A DNA stretch of 64,000 nucleotides. Origin: an uncultured Nitrososphaeraceae archaeon (GTDB lineage Archaea > Thermoproteota > Nitrososphaeria > Nitrososphaerales > Nitrososphaeraceae). The position numbers and the translations under genes were made by a program. How positions within the stretch are numbered: position 1 is the first letter of the stretch; every line of letters begins with the position of its first letter. The notes beneath the pieces were generated by a model. It searched no databases. It had not been told where the DNA came from and saw only the letters and a program-made list of their open reading frames with translations. Location of the stretch: NCBI GenBank assembly GCA_963779615.1, contig CAVZZA010000003.1, forward strand, positions 128,001 to 192,000, read 5' to 3'. This document shows, one piece after another, positions 46,020 through 58,308 of this stretch.

Positions 46020-48084
46020 TTATAACGCTACCCAGCTTTCAGACCACTGGCTACTATTACTTGGAGCAGTCTGCCACCTATGATAGAGTTTTCCGTCTGA
46101 ACCTACTATAAATGCCTCTAGTCTGCCATCGGCATTTTGAGTCTACAACAGGATTGCTGCTTGATGGCCATGTCTGTTTTCCAAATGGAACCCAATTCAT
46201 AAACCACTCCCATAGACTAGTGCTATTATTTTTTATAGTCTGCCACCTATGATAGAGTCGTCCGTCTGAACCTACTATAAATGCCTCTAGTCTGCCATCG
46301 GCATTCTTTGCCACAGATATCCTTTTACGAACAGGCCAGTTTCCTTCCAATGGAATCCACGACGACCATATACCGGTATCAATAGAGTTACTATCCTGTA
46401 ATCTATAATAAAGTCGTCCGTCTTTACTATTTATGAAAAACACATTTATCCTGCCTTCAACATCAGTTGCCACTGCAGGATCGCTGAGTCTGTTTTCTGG
46501 AGGTTCGGTAGATAATGGGCCGCCTAATGAAATCCAATCCTCAGACCATTGATTACTATTCATCATACCCTGCCATCTATAGTAAAGTTGTCTATCCTGA
46601 CCTATCATAAAAACCACTAATCTAGCGTCACTGGTCATTGCTACAGTGGGTCTTGCATTTGGAGACCATCGTCCTCCAAGAGACGGAAGATATGCATCAT
46701 CCCTAGATGTGTGATGGAGTCGATACAGATTGGAAGAATAGTCCTCATGCACCATAAACAATTCTAGACTACCGTTAGGATTCTGTGCTACTACAGGATC
46801 ACCCTCAAAGTCTACTCCCCCTATTTCATTTGATTGTGTGGTAGCCCATTTACTATTTGGTTTATCCTGATATGAATGTAAACGGGTATTATCCCTTAGC
46901 CAAAAGACATCAAGTCTACCGTCACTACTCCTTGATATTGCCGGCCTTTGACCAGAAGAAAAAAACTGTTGTTCTAGTCCCAAAAAAATCCAATCCTTAT
47001 CCCATTCATTACTATTTACGGATTTTTGTTGTTTATTGGAAAGCTGCTTATCTGACCCTATAACAAAGGCTTCCAGCCTGCCATCAGTATTTCGTAATAT
47101 AGTGGGGGTTAGATTCCCATACATTTCAGAAGCTGCTGCTATATCGCCATTGCTTAGTTCGTTCTTTTGTCCTAATGAATTTGCACAGTCCCTAGATGGA
47201 TATACTGGCTCAATTGTTGGACTTCTATTCTTAGAGAAAAACCATGCACCATAATGCATAATTGAACAATAATCATATTCACCTACATCATCACCGTCAA
47301 CGATATGCTGACCAAAGTTGTGTCTCATATCCTTCGTCGAATCATATGTTCCATTTGGCTGAATTCCATCTTCAATATTATCCCAATTAATTCTGATAAA
47401 GTTATCTCTGTCTTCTCTACTTTGCTCATGCCATAATCCCACTGTATGTCCAATTTCGTGTATTACATCGCCGGTAACACATCTATCAGATATTATTATA
47501 TACTGTTGTCCCCAGTTTTGCATTCCGATAGGTGAAGAACAGTGAAAGACTTCTTGTTGTGTTTCATTTGAATTGGGAGTATATTGTATAAATGATACAT
47601 AATTTGGGTAATACTGAGCATTGTTATCATTGCGCTGAATAAAGCGAACTGGCGTTCTCTCCTCCCAATGATTAATTGCATCTATAACACGCTGTTGGTT
47701 TGGAAGTGAAGGTCCAATTGTGTAAGGTATTTCCCCACGTGGCCAACGAAGCTTATCACCCTTTCGTACAATCGCTCTCAAGAGTGGTTTTACTGATAGT
47801 TCATGTTCATTTGGAGCCTTAGGCTCAGGACTAAGCTTTTCTATCTCCTGGGGAGAGCTAGCAAGTATAATATCGCCTTCAAAAATGGCATTGCCATTGA
47901 TCATTCTATATTTAACTTCCTTATTACGAAAGGTGTTACCGTTGATATGTCCCGTATGCCATGCAGAATCTGCACTAACATCGGTATTGCCATTACCAAG
48001 GCTTGTATCGCTATTGATGTTACTATCAGATGAATTTTCTTCTGACTTTCCTTTTGACAAGACAACTTTAGTAACTTGCTGCAC
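46020..48084 (-). CDS. Astacin (M12A) zinc metalloprotease fused to C-terminal beta-propeller (PLL/fucose-lectin-like) repeats; frameshift at ~46142
   Basis: Pro-region IFEGDI, HEIGHTVGLWHEQSREDRD, Met-turn SIMHY; repeats NxDGRLEAF..GSD..LY.RWQ...W..W. Confidence 0.9.
46068..46305. repeat. Near-identical 69-bp duplication of a propeller blade
   Basis: 46068-46136 vs 46237-46305, 2 mismatches. Confidence 0.9.
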
Positions 48085-48086
48085 TA

Positions 48087-48168
48087 TAAAAGAAATTCCC
48101 TAGGAATGATTAAAAAGAAATTCCCTAGGAATGATTAAAAAGATATTCCCTAGGAATGATTAAAAAGA
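48087..48168. repeat. 25-bp tandem repeat, 3 copies plus partial
   Basis: TAAAAAGA(A/T)ATTCCCTAGGAATGAT x3, head to tail with no spacers. Confidence 0.9.
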
Positions 48169-48224
48169 TCATTTTTGTCTTTTGTTTTGTTTTGCATATA
48201 GATAAATTATGGAAAATTATGACG

Positions 48225-48427
48225 GTTTTTGTATCCATTTCCATGTCGATACATGGCCTCTGTGAGCAAATCTGTTTAATGCTTTAGCGGTGCTTCTATA
48301 GGAAAGACCAAGAAAGTAGAGATATAGCCCATAAGCGATATCTTTTGGCTGTGTTCTCTTCCTTTGATATTTCAATGTATATTGTAAACGCCTTTCAGCT
48401 ATAGCATTTTCTTAAGTTAACAGAGCC
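48225..48427 (-). mobile_element. Truncated IS6-family remnant (one TIR plus 5' end of transposase)
   Basis: Ends TTCTTAAGTTAACAGAGCC (same TIR as 11297); encodes RTQPKDIAYGLYLYFLGLSYRSTAKALNRFAHRGHVSTWKWIQK, homologous to 11760-11910. Confidence 0.85.
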
Positions 48428-48621
48428 ATTTATTCACGGGCCACCGCTATAAAGTAAGAGTATTCCACCTAACATTAAAAACAGAAACTAAAAAATAGGC
48501 AATGTTGAGGCCATCTGTAAGAAAAATTCTAAATTTATCTGGCTGTTGCCATATAAAATAAATATTTGGGCCATAATAAAACATATCTGCTTTTGACTAT
48601 TACCGTAGCGTTGGATAGATA

Positions 48622-49539
48622 ATGGTAAAAAATCAAAAGGTGGCGGTTGTAACGGGAAGTTCATCAGGCATAGGATTTGAAACATCCTTGGCACTTGCAA
48701 GGAAAGGTTATGTTACCTACGCTACTATGAGGGATTTGCGAAAATCCAAAAACCTGGAGGGAATTGCCCATGATGCAAACGTTTCGCTGAAAACTATCGA
48801 GATGGACGTTGACCATGATCATTCGGTTGGGAACGCAATAGACAAGATTGTTGGTGAATCCGGCCGGATTGATGTGCTGGTCAACAATGCAGGGTTTGGT
48901 CTTTTTGGATCGTTGGAGGATCTTGAGATGGAAGAGATAAAAAAGCAATACGAAACAAATGTGTTTGGTGTAATAAGGGTGACCAAAAATGTCCTTCCAA
49001 CAATGAGACTCAGACAGAATGGAATCATAGTCAATATTAGCTCCATAGCTGGATTGGCAGGCGTTCCTTCCCAATCCATTTACTGTGGAACGAAGTTTGC
49101 AGTTGAGGGCTTTAGCGAATCCCTGTCTTTTGAGGTTGAGCCTTTTGGGATAAAAGTGATACTTGTTGAACCGGGGGCAATAAACACGGAATTTGCAAAG
49201 GATTTGATAGTGCCAACCAACAGGTATGGAGTTGGCAAAAATGCAGAATATGTCAATCAACCCGTTCATAAAGACAATGGGGATAATTTGTTGTCCTCCT
49301 ATAGCAACACCATAGGAAAATTCTTGTCATTTTATTACAAGGCAATGAGCAACGCTCCCCACCCTGAGGTTGTTGCCAATGAGACAATCCGAGCAATAGA
49401 AAAAGTTTCTGATGGAAGCAATGCCGAACCTATTCTGAGGGTAACAGTTGGAAATGACTCTAAAAAGTATTCCAAATTAAAAAAGGAACTATCAGACAGT
49501 GAATTTCATAAAACACTAAGAGAGGATTTGTTAAGGTAG
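48622..49539 (+). CDS. Short-chain dehydrogenase/reductase
   Basis: TGSSSGIG, LVNNAG, NISS, YCGTK. Confidence 0.95.
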   Translation: MVKNQKVAVVTGSSSGIGFETSLALARKGYVTYATMRDLRKSKNLEGIAHDANVSLKTIEMDVDHDHSVGNAIDKIVGESGRIDVLVNNAGFGLFGSLEDLEMEEIKKQYETNVFGVIRVTKNVLPTMRLRQNGIIVNISSIAGLAGVPSQSIYCGTKFAVEGFSESLSFEVEPFGIKVILVEPGAINTEFAKDLIVPTNRYGVGKNAEYVNQPVHKDNGDNLLSSYSNTIGKFLSFYYKAMSNAPHPEVVANETIRAIEKVSDGSNAEPILRVTVGNDSKKYSKLKKELSDSEFHKTLREDLLR

Positions 49540-49660
49540 GTTGAACTATTTTCAGTTGAGTGCCTTTCTTTTGAGATTATCATAACAAGAGGTTAAAAAG
49601 CCCCGCGTGAGAGCCTAAATCTATTTTAACATTCAAAGACAAAGGGTTCTGACGATACAG

Positions 49661-49783
49661 GGGCTCAGTCACCTTTCAGCTTTGAATAAGGGGGTTTGAG
49701 TTTGGTAGGTAATGGGTTCAACTAACATATAATGATAATAGCGTATCAAGTATATGAACCCATGTATCTATGGGCCCAAGGGG
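49661..49783. repeat. Dispersed intergenic repeat, copy B, plus TGGGCCCAAGGGG motif
   Basis: Matches 45591-45653; TGGGCCCAAGGGG at 49771 also occurs at 44368. Confidence 0.7.
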
Positions 49784-50534
49784 GCTAGTGCCGATATCGG
49801 TTCTTAAAAATAGATTCTAATAAATTAGATATTTTTAGAAATATAAAGATTTTAGGGAGTTGTAATAATTAGATGGTGAACATCGAAAGAGATTTGAACC
49901 CGCATCTTGCGTTTAAGATTACGTTAGATGATTTAATTCAGCTTGGATAACAGATTAATTGAAAAAGAATTAAATCTAGATCAATTCTGACAATGAATTG
50001 GTCGTAGGCCAGAGGTTTTTGAAACAAATTTGACATCAAAAATGGATTCAGTTTGACAATATTATCATGACATCAATTCCATCCCTCGTTAGGCAGGTTT
50101 GTAACGAGTAGGCGTGTTGATGGAGGATACTCAAGGAAGTTAACCTAAATTTCAATCGTATCAATATTGCTGGCGAGGAATCGGATTTTTTTACTTGTCA
50201 GGGAGTCCCAATTTGACTCGCTAGATGTCATCACTAAACAGATGTTGATGCTAGAATTGATTTTCACCGATCAGACAACTCAGTGACTTATTTTCTGCAT
50301 CATTACATCAAGTACGACAATAGCATATAGGTTTGACTTAAAGTTACAAGCACCAGCACAGGATCATCTGAAAGTATCTTGGGGAGTCGAGTCCTGTAGG
50401 CTCTAGTGCCATATTTAGTAATGTTGTCATGTCAGGTTCGTCGTCTCTTTACGGTTTCAAGGATCGCGACTGTAGTAGATCCTCCACCGTCACTCAGCGG
50501 TCGACCGGTTCGGAGAGCGGCCACTCAAACGGCA

Positions 50535-51212
50535 TCAGCGGGGAGAAACGTGAAGGACCTCCTCCATGTAGCGATCGGCGTTTGATGCTGCCTCCTCTGG
50601 GTTGCTGCCGATTTGACGCGCGCTGAGATAGGGCGCATACCAGTCCCACCAGTGATGCTGGGCATGCGTCTTCTCGAAGTGGCCGTGGTGCTCTGCTGTC
50701 TCGTGGAGGAGCCCTGCCAAGGTTGCAACGTCCATAGCCTGTGGTAGCGTCAAGTTCCACTCGCGGCCGGGAAGCCGCGTCTGGATCTCCTGGAGCAGCC
50801 AGCCGTTTCCGTCCGGATCCTCGAACGAGGCAAATGAGTAGTAGGAACGACCTTGCGGATCGTGCCCGTTGACGCGTGGGTTCTCCATGGCGTTGTTGAA
50901 GGGGCCGCCGGCATAGTGGAAAACCTCGCTCACGTCGACGCCGCGGGCGATCAAGTTGTCGCGGGTGGCGTCGACGTCGTACACCGCCAGGACCGGGCGG
51001 TCGATCGACCCCGGCTTGGCGGAAGTGATCCCCTTGCCGAAGACGATCGATGCTTTCGAATTGGGAGGAGTGAATTGTATCGCCCGGAAGTCCTCGTTGG
51101 CGACGTAGTCGATATCCAAGCGAAATCCCAGTTTCTCGTAGAAATGTTTGGCCCTATCGATGTCAGAAACAGGTACGAATAAAATTTCTAGTTTCATATC
51201 CATATACAACAC
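50535..51212 (-). CDS. VOC/glyoxalase-bleomycin resistance family protein, GC-rich
   Basis: MKLEILFVPVSDIDRAKHFY, SFASFEDPDGNGWLLQEI, C-terminal HGHFEKTH...WWDWYAPY. Confidence 0.9.
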   Translation of the reverse strand: MLYMDMKLEILFVPVSDIDRAKHFYEKLGFRLDIDYVANEDFRAIQFTPPNSKASIVFGKGITSAKPGSIDRPVLAVYDVDATRDNLIARGVDVSEVFHYAGGPFNNAMENPRVNGHDPQGRSYYSFASFEDPDGNGWLLQEIQTRLPGREWNLTLPQAMDVATLAGLLHETAEHHGHFEKTHAQHHWWDWYAPYLSARQIGSNPEEAASNADRYMEEVLHVSPR

Positions 51213-51450
51213 TCCTTTTTCTTTTATTTAATTAGAGTGGTTGTTTACTCCGGCATAGTTGAACAAGTCGTTATTAAATTAGTAGTAATTATCTGTCTTT
51301 TGGGTTTGGTATGCAATATATATTAAGTTAAGAACTACTACTGTACTTATTTAATGGAATTGCTTAATCTACACAAATTAAATGTAACGGGAATCGATAG
51401 CTGTGTAGCCTATGATATTGCCTTAAACAGCTATGACTTTAATAGAATAG

Positions 51451-51740
51451 TTGCTAGTCATCACTATCAATATTGTTCTAGTTTATAATACACATAATAA
51501 TAGATCTTCATGGAGCAAAGCAATTCTAATTTTAAGAATGCAGGACATAGTGTTATCGGAGTACAACTCGCATTGCATTCAGTGGGAGACTATATTGCTA
51601 CGGTTAAGCAAACAATCAATCAGACAGGTGGACCAGTAACCGCCGTAGGACATTCCTATGGTGGACATGTGATCACTAACGCTGGATTAAATAATAGTAT
51701 CAACATAAGAAATTCCTCCACTATATCGAAATCAGAATAG
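51451..51740 (+). pseudogene. Alpha/beta hydrolase remnant
   Basis: NIVLV...SSWSKAI / NAGHSVIGVQL...VGHSYGG nucleophile motif; frameshifted and truncated. Confidence 0.65.
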
Positions 51741-52606
51741 CTGATACTTGGACTGATCATATCCGTCAACATGAATATGTTACCAAGAATGTTCAAGTTA
51801 TGGAAGATAGAATCCGTGCACTTATCAAAGATTCTCCAACACCAATAACATCGCATCATGTAGTAAAATTGCCTCTCAAATAGTTTCCACGTAGAAGGGC
51901 CTCGCTAATAGATTTTTAGTCTACAAGCAATAATCAATAACATACGTACAATATCGCCAAGACTGGACATGGATAGTCTGTTGTGCAGACAGCACGTGAC
52001 TTTCAAATTCGTTCCCTCATACCACACTGCTATGCGGACAAATAAATAACTATGAATAAATAAATAGTAAAACTGATGTTCATAAATAATTTTAATAACC
52101 ATGGGAGAAAATATTCAAATCTCAACTTCGTTTTTCTACTATTTTTAATAGGTAACATATCAAAGCAAATTCTAGGTTAATAGTTGGGAAGGGTAAACAG
52201 TGAATCCCAAAAAGCATTACTCTTTGTTCTATTTCAAATTCATCTAAAGTAATTTTAGATCCTTTAATCATATATATATATCACTTGTCGAAATGTAAGT
52301 TTGTTTGCGCCTGTAGAAAGTTACTTCCGATAATCATCAACTTAGATACAATACTCGTTACCAAAGATTCTATTGATCGATTCTTGAGAGTTTAGTAAAG
52401 TCTTGAGCCACAGGATTTGATTTCGTTCTTTTTGAAGGAAATTCAAAGGAAATCGCCGCTCCCATCCGAAATTTTTCGGAGGGTTACCTTAATGAATCAT
52501 TGATTGAAAGACCAAAAACAAGCATTTAAAATAAAGGTGTTGAAAACTTATTGATCTAAATCTGTTGTAATTGCAGAATAAAAATGGTTGTTTTTGATAC
52601 CCGTTT

Positions 52607-53119
52607 TTATTTATCTTTTTTCTTTATGAAACTGATTTGACCATTTATTTCTAGATTAGATATGTCAATTTCATCAATGTTTCTTATCCCCGCTAATCTC
52701 ATAAAGGATTCAAATTCTTTTATTCCGATTCTTGCCCTTGTCATTCCTTCTTTGTCCATATTGCCATTCTTAACCAATGATACAATTTCTGGATTAATCA
52801 TCTTCTCCAATCTTTTGTTTTTAGCGCTTACATAATCCAAGAATTTAAACACACTTATAATTATGACCAATGCTACTAACATTATTACTATCGGTGTATC
52901 ACGATTAATCACAGCATCACCTACTAGATCTCCAAGACTCAGAAATATTACCAATTGATAAGTTGTCAGCTGGCCAAAACCTTTGCTCCCGAGCCATTTT
53001 ATAACAACCAGAAGGATTCCGGTTATAATGAGGGTTCTTAAAATGATGGACAGTATTAGTGCGGGCTCAAAACCCAATGCAGTGTCCAAATATTCCAAAA
53101 GAGATGATAATATACCCAT
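52607..53119 (-). CDS. DUF421/YetF-like membrane protein
   Basis: GQLTTYQLVIFLSLGD, LVKNG, LEINGQISFI. Confidence 0.85.
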   Translation of the reverse strand: MGILSSLLEYLDTALGFEPALILSIILRTLIITGILLVVIKWLGSKGFGQLTTYQLVIFLSLGDLVGDAVINRDTPIVIMLVALVIIISVFKFLDYVSAKNKRLEKMINPEIVSLVKNGNMDKEGMTRARIGIKEFESFMRLAGIRNIDEIDISNLEINGQISFIKKKDK

Positions 53120-53278
53120 TATCCATGAATATTAACTACTAAATAAAAATAGTCGCAATTTGACACAACAACCATTTCAAATACCCATATTACTAAAGTG
53201 AAAGTGCTCTAGGGGATAAAATAATCATAGGACCCTTTTTAATCAAGATATAAAATTAAAGATAGCCGTCACCAAACC

Positions 53279-54767
<1,489 letters not shown>

Positions 54768-55086
54768 AGATTGTTCGTATTGTCACCTATGTCAAAGATT
54801 GCACAATCATTGGAAGATATACCATTAGATCCAATGCTTTTTTATGATGAAGAAGAAGATTGTTAGATTAAAAAATAAGTTTGTATGATATCTGGATTGT
54901 GCTGCAGTTTATCTAAAATTCAATCCTTAATTTAATTCAAAATTATTTCTCCCTCGCCTCTGTACAAGTATATGCTCTCTACACTGAAAATATTGAAGAG
55001 ATCTTATAAGGGGGCAGCATCCAATTTGTTCCAAATATTTCGGTTTTGAAATGAAAAACAATATATCGTTACAGATTAAAAAGTCC

Positions 55087-55460
55087 ATGGTTAAACTGTA
55101 GAATTAGATGGGCAGGTAAAGATTGCACAACAGAGGAGGAAGATTTTGGTCCTGTCATCCTGATCAACACATTTCATGCGAATCCTGAGGATGCATACAA
55201 GTTGATTGAGGCCTGGACTTCCGATGCAGTATACTTTAAACAACAACCGAGTACACCTCTACACAACTTCACAGGGGCATATGAGAAGCGGCACATTTAT
55301 CAATTACCTAGTCTGGGAATCTACAAAAAAATACAAAGACGCATATAGGGTGGATGGTTCACCGGAAGCAAAGTCAAACCTTTTGGAGTGTCCTGTTAGC
55401 GCAGTTTCCTCGCCGCATCTCTTTAAGAAGGTTGCATTGACAGATATTTGTGTTGGGTAA
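55087..55460 (+). pseudogene. Antibiotic-biosynthesis-monooxygenase (ABM) family pseudogene
   Basis: EEDFGPVILINTFHANPED...EAWTSDAVYFKQQP / TQLHRGI* / SGTFINYLVWES...SPHLFKKVA...ICV. Confidence 0.75.
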
Positions 55461-55846
55461 ACCCTTACAGAAAAACCCAAGGAAAAAAAAGATAACAATC
55501 TGCTAGGTAAATCACATGCGATGAGCTGATTTTTATTCGCATTTTCATTTATAAAACAACTCTTTCAAGAGAGCCATTATCGTAACTGGCCCTATTGGCC
55601 TCGACTCTGGCATATAGAATGGATCTGTTACCTTAAAGTAACGGCAGAAGGCGAGGCCTGACTGATGCAAGTCATTTATATTTTAAATCTAAATAAAGGA
55701 TTTAACCGTTTTAATGACAAATGACTTGTGATGTCAAATTTGGTCAACTAAACAATTGGGAATAATTGTCAAATACAAAAGTACAGTGAGATGTTATAGT
55801 ATGTGGTGTATATTGCTTTTTTTATTGGTGGTCCTACTCAAAATCA

Positions 55847-56422
55847 ATGGTAAATCATAGTAAGGTGATGCTATTGGACTTGTTACCAATAGTCGCAATA
55901 TCAGCTTTGCTTGTGTACGGGACCATGCAACAACAATCAGCATTAGCGTTTGGGGTAAACGTAAAAGACACGCATTTTTATGATGTGTTTATTACCACCC
56001 AAAACGGTGTTGAAAAGTTTGCTGCGGATTACCGTAAAATAACCGGGGATGATCCGTCTGAGACGGTGGTACTTGAAAATACAAAACCTAGGACTGCACC
56101 TGAAATTGTTTTAAAGGAAGGTCAGCCGACCGAGATTCATTTTGACTGTAAAAATGATGATTGTCTTGTAAATACTTTCGAAAGATGGAATGCCAATCTT
56201 GTACCATTGGGGACCTCCGATGAAACAATAATAAATGGCACACCTCCTACTGTAAAAACCATAGTTGAAAATCACTTTTGCGACTGGAAAGATGAAGCCT
56301 GCGCTTTAACATTTGATTTTCCATCAGAGAACTTGAAGACTGGAAACTATTTGCTGGTGGTGGTGGCATCGGTTGATGAATTCACTGGTATCTTCATAAA
56401 TGAGGCAAAGGTAATCAAATAG
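55847..56422 (+). CDS. Secreted hypothetical protein with four Cys
   Basis: Signal peptide ending SALA; DCKNDDC and FCDWKDEAC; T-rich tract after the stop. Confidence 0.7.
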   Translation: MVNHSKVMLLDLLPIVAISALLVYGTMQQQSALAFGVNVKDTHFYDVFITTQNGVEKFAADYRKITGDDPSETVVLENTKPRTAPEIVLKEGQPTEIHFDCKNDDCLVNTFERWNANLVPLGTSDETIINGTPPTVKTIVENHFCDWKDEACALTFDFPSENLKTGNYLLVVVASVDEFTGIFINEAKVIK

Positions 56423-57315
56423 GTTTTTCTTTTCTTTTTCCATCTGCTTTGCTGCACGGTTTTATTATAAATCGTTTTTTGTTAACGGTTTAGACATTAT
56501 CCAAAGGGTAACTAGTCATAATTTAATATGGATTACCAGGAAAGTAACAAATTTTTAACTGTATTTCGAACCATGCAACAAAGCATTTTTTATCCATCAA
56601 AATCAACTTGTTGATGTTCAACACCTCTTTGTTTCAGGGCGGATATATTTTAATTAGGCGAATTGATAGAATTTTGTATTACCCTGATACTGGGTACAAT
56701 CCTGTTCTCATTTAGAAATTCAAAAAAAATATTGCGGTCATAGAAACAACGGGCCCGACCCGATAACTGTTCTTTTGTTATATTCCTTATTTTCATAGAT
56801 TTGATTACAATTCTCGTTTTTTATCTATAGATAGATTTTGTAAAACAGTTGACATATGGCATCTACCCTATGAGAACAAGTAATAAAGATATAGGCATAC
56901 CTTGGCAGCCTAAAACTTCTATTTGTCTTGGAATTCTTAACCTTTAATCATCTTATTCTCAATTGCATAAATTTAGTGATATATTGTTACCATGTTATTA
57001 TATATAATAACCATTATGTTAATGATGATTGTGGCAACTATTTGTAATTCGAATATGGATTTTATGCTACAGTTACATTATATTGAATTTATGTAAATAA
57101 ATATTTTGACGGGTTTATGTTATTTTTCAAATTTGAATTAATATTTTGTAATTCGATTATTCTTAAGACAAACACTATCGGAGTTTACTGCATCTAAATA
57201 CGGGTTATCATCTATCTGATGGGTCTTGAGGGGTTATGCTTAAATTTTATTGATATTGCAATGCAATGACTATTAATAGAAGTATTTAAAATATAGCTTG
57301 TCTTATTGTTTGTAG

Positions 57316-58308
57316 ATGAAATGCTTGATTCGATCTTCCTGTTCGATCAAATCCACTTCAAAATCGTTAGATTCCATGAATGTCTTGGGATTTGCCATAG
57401 GTTTTACAGGGGCAATGGTGTTGACAGCATTCGCCATTATTGCGGTGTTAGGCCAAAATGCCAATGCGCAGGCGAGTACAAATCCTATCTCCCTGGTCCG
57501 ACTTGATTTTGAGACCGGCGATTTGTCTCAATGGATTAAAGGACAAAAAACCACCACTACGACCAATAACTGTCATGAGTATGACTATCCGGGCAAAAAC
57601 AACAGACTGGAGGTTGTCAAATCCCCTGTAAAGCAGGGCAATTACTCGCTCAAAGTCACACTTACAGAAAATGCGATAGTGGTGCCAAGAACTGGCGTTA
57701 ATGGAGAGCGTGCGGAGTTGAAGTATTGTGACTCCCCTAACCATGTCCATCTGTTCAAGAATGGTGAAGATGTGTGGTATCATTGGTACACTGATTTTTC
57801 TTTCAAAAACTTTACAATTCCCATACCCGTTTCTAACAAGAATTGGCATGTTTGGACACAATGGCACGGACTAAAAGACACAGTATATGACTTGCCCTTG
57901 GCATTTAATCTCAATGCAGACCAGCTTAATCTTAGAGTGCTTCCCCATTATTATGACAGTCAGAGTTGCTATACCATGCAAACAGGCAAATGCGGGCATC
58001 TTTGGGTGGAGAAGATAGAAAAGGGGAAATGGTATGAAATGCTTTTGCACGTAAAGTGGTCAACCGGAAATAACGGCTTGGTGGAAGGATGGATGAAAAA
58101 AGACGGAGCAAATAAAATACCATTTGTAACATACAAAGGCAATACCCTTGATCCAACTGGTTCTGAAGGAGTATACCTAAAACAGGGACTTTATCGCAAC
58201 CCGAGCATAAATGTAGGACAGGTAGTGTGGCATGATGGCATGGTTATTGCAAAGTGCCCTACAAATACCACCAAATTTAATCCGTCCACAAATAAATGTG
58301 ATTCATGA
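57316..58308 (+). CDS. Secreted polysaccharide-lyase-like (jelly-roll) protein
   Basis: DFETGDLSQW, ERAEL, QWHG, GKWYEMLLHVKWS...GLVEGW, YLKQGLYR. Confidence 0.75.
   Translation: MKCLIRSSCSIKSTSKSLDSMNVLGFAIGFTGAMVLTAFAIIAVLGQNANAQASTNPISLVRLDFETGDLSQWIKGQKTTTTTNNCHEYDYPGKNNRLEVVKSPVKQGNYSLKVTLTENAIVVPRTGVNGERAELKYCDSPNHVHLFKNGEDVWYHWYTDFSFKNFTIPIPVSNKNWHVWTQWHGLKDTVYDLPLAFNLNADQLNLRVLPHYYDSQSCYTMQTGKCGHLWVEKIEKGKWYEMLLHVKWSTGNNGLVEGWMKKDGANKIPFVTYKGNTLDPTGSEGVYLKQGLYRNPSINVGQVVWHDGMVIAKCPTNTTKFNPSTNKCDS

Noticed and set aside
46068-46305. Possible DGR template/variable repeat pair in a lectin-like C-terminus
   Set aside because: Both mismatches are at adenines of one copy, but there are only two, flanking differences are not A-specific, both copies are coding blades, and no reverse transcriptase is present.
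48087-48168. Possible mini-CRISPR (25-bp repeats with palindromic core)
   Set aside because: The repeats are head to tail with no spacers, and there are no cas genes in the window.
49885-49912. tRNA-like GGTTCAAAT motif on the minus strand
   Set aside because: The T-stem does not pair and no cloverleaf can be built.
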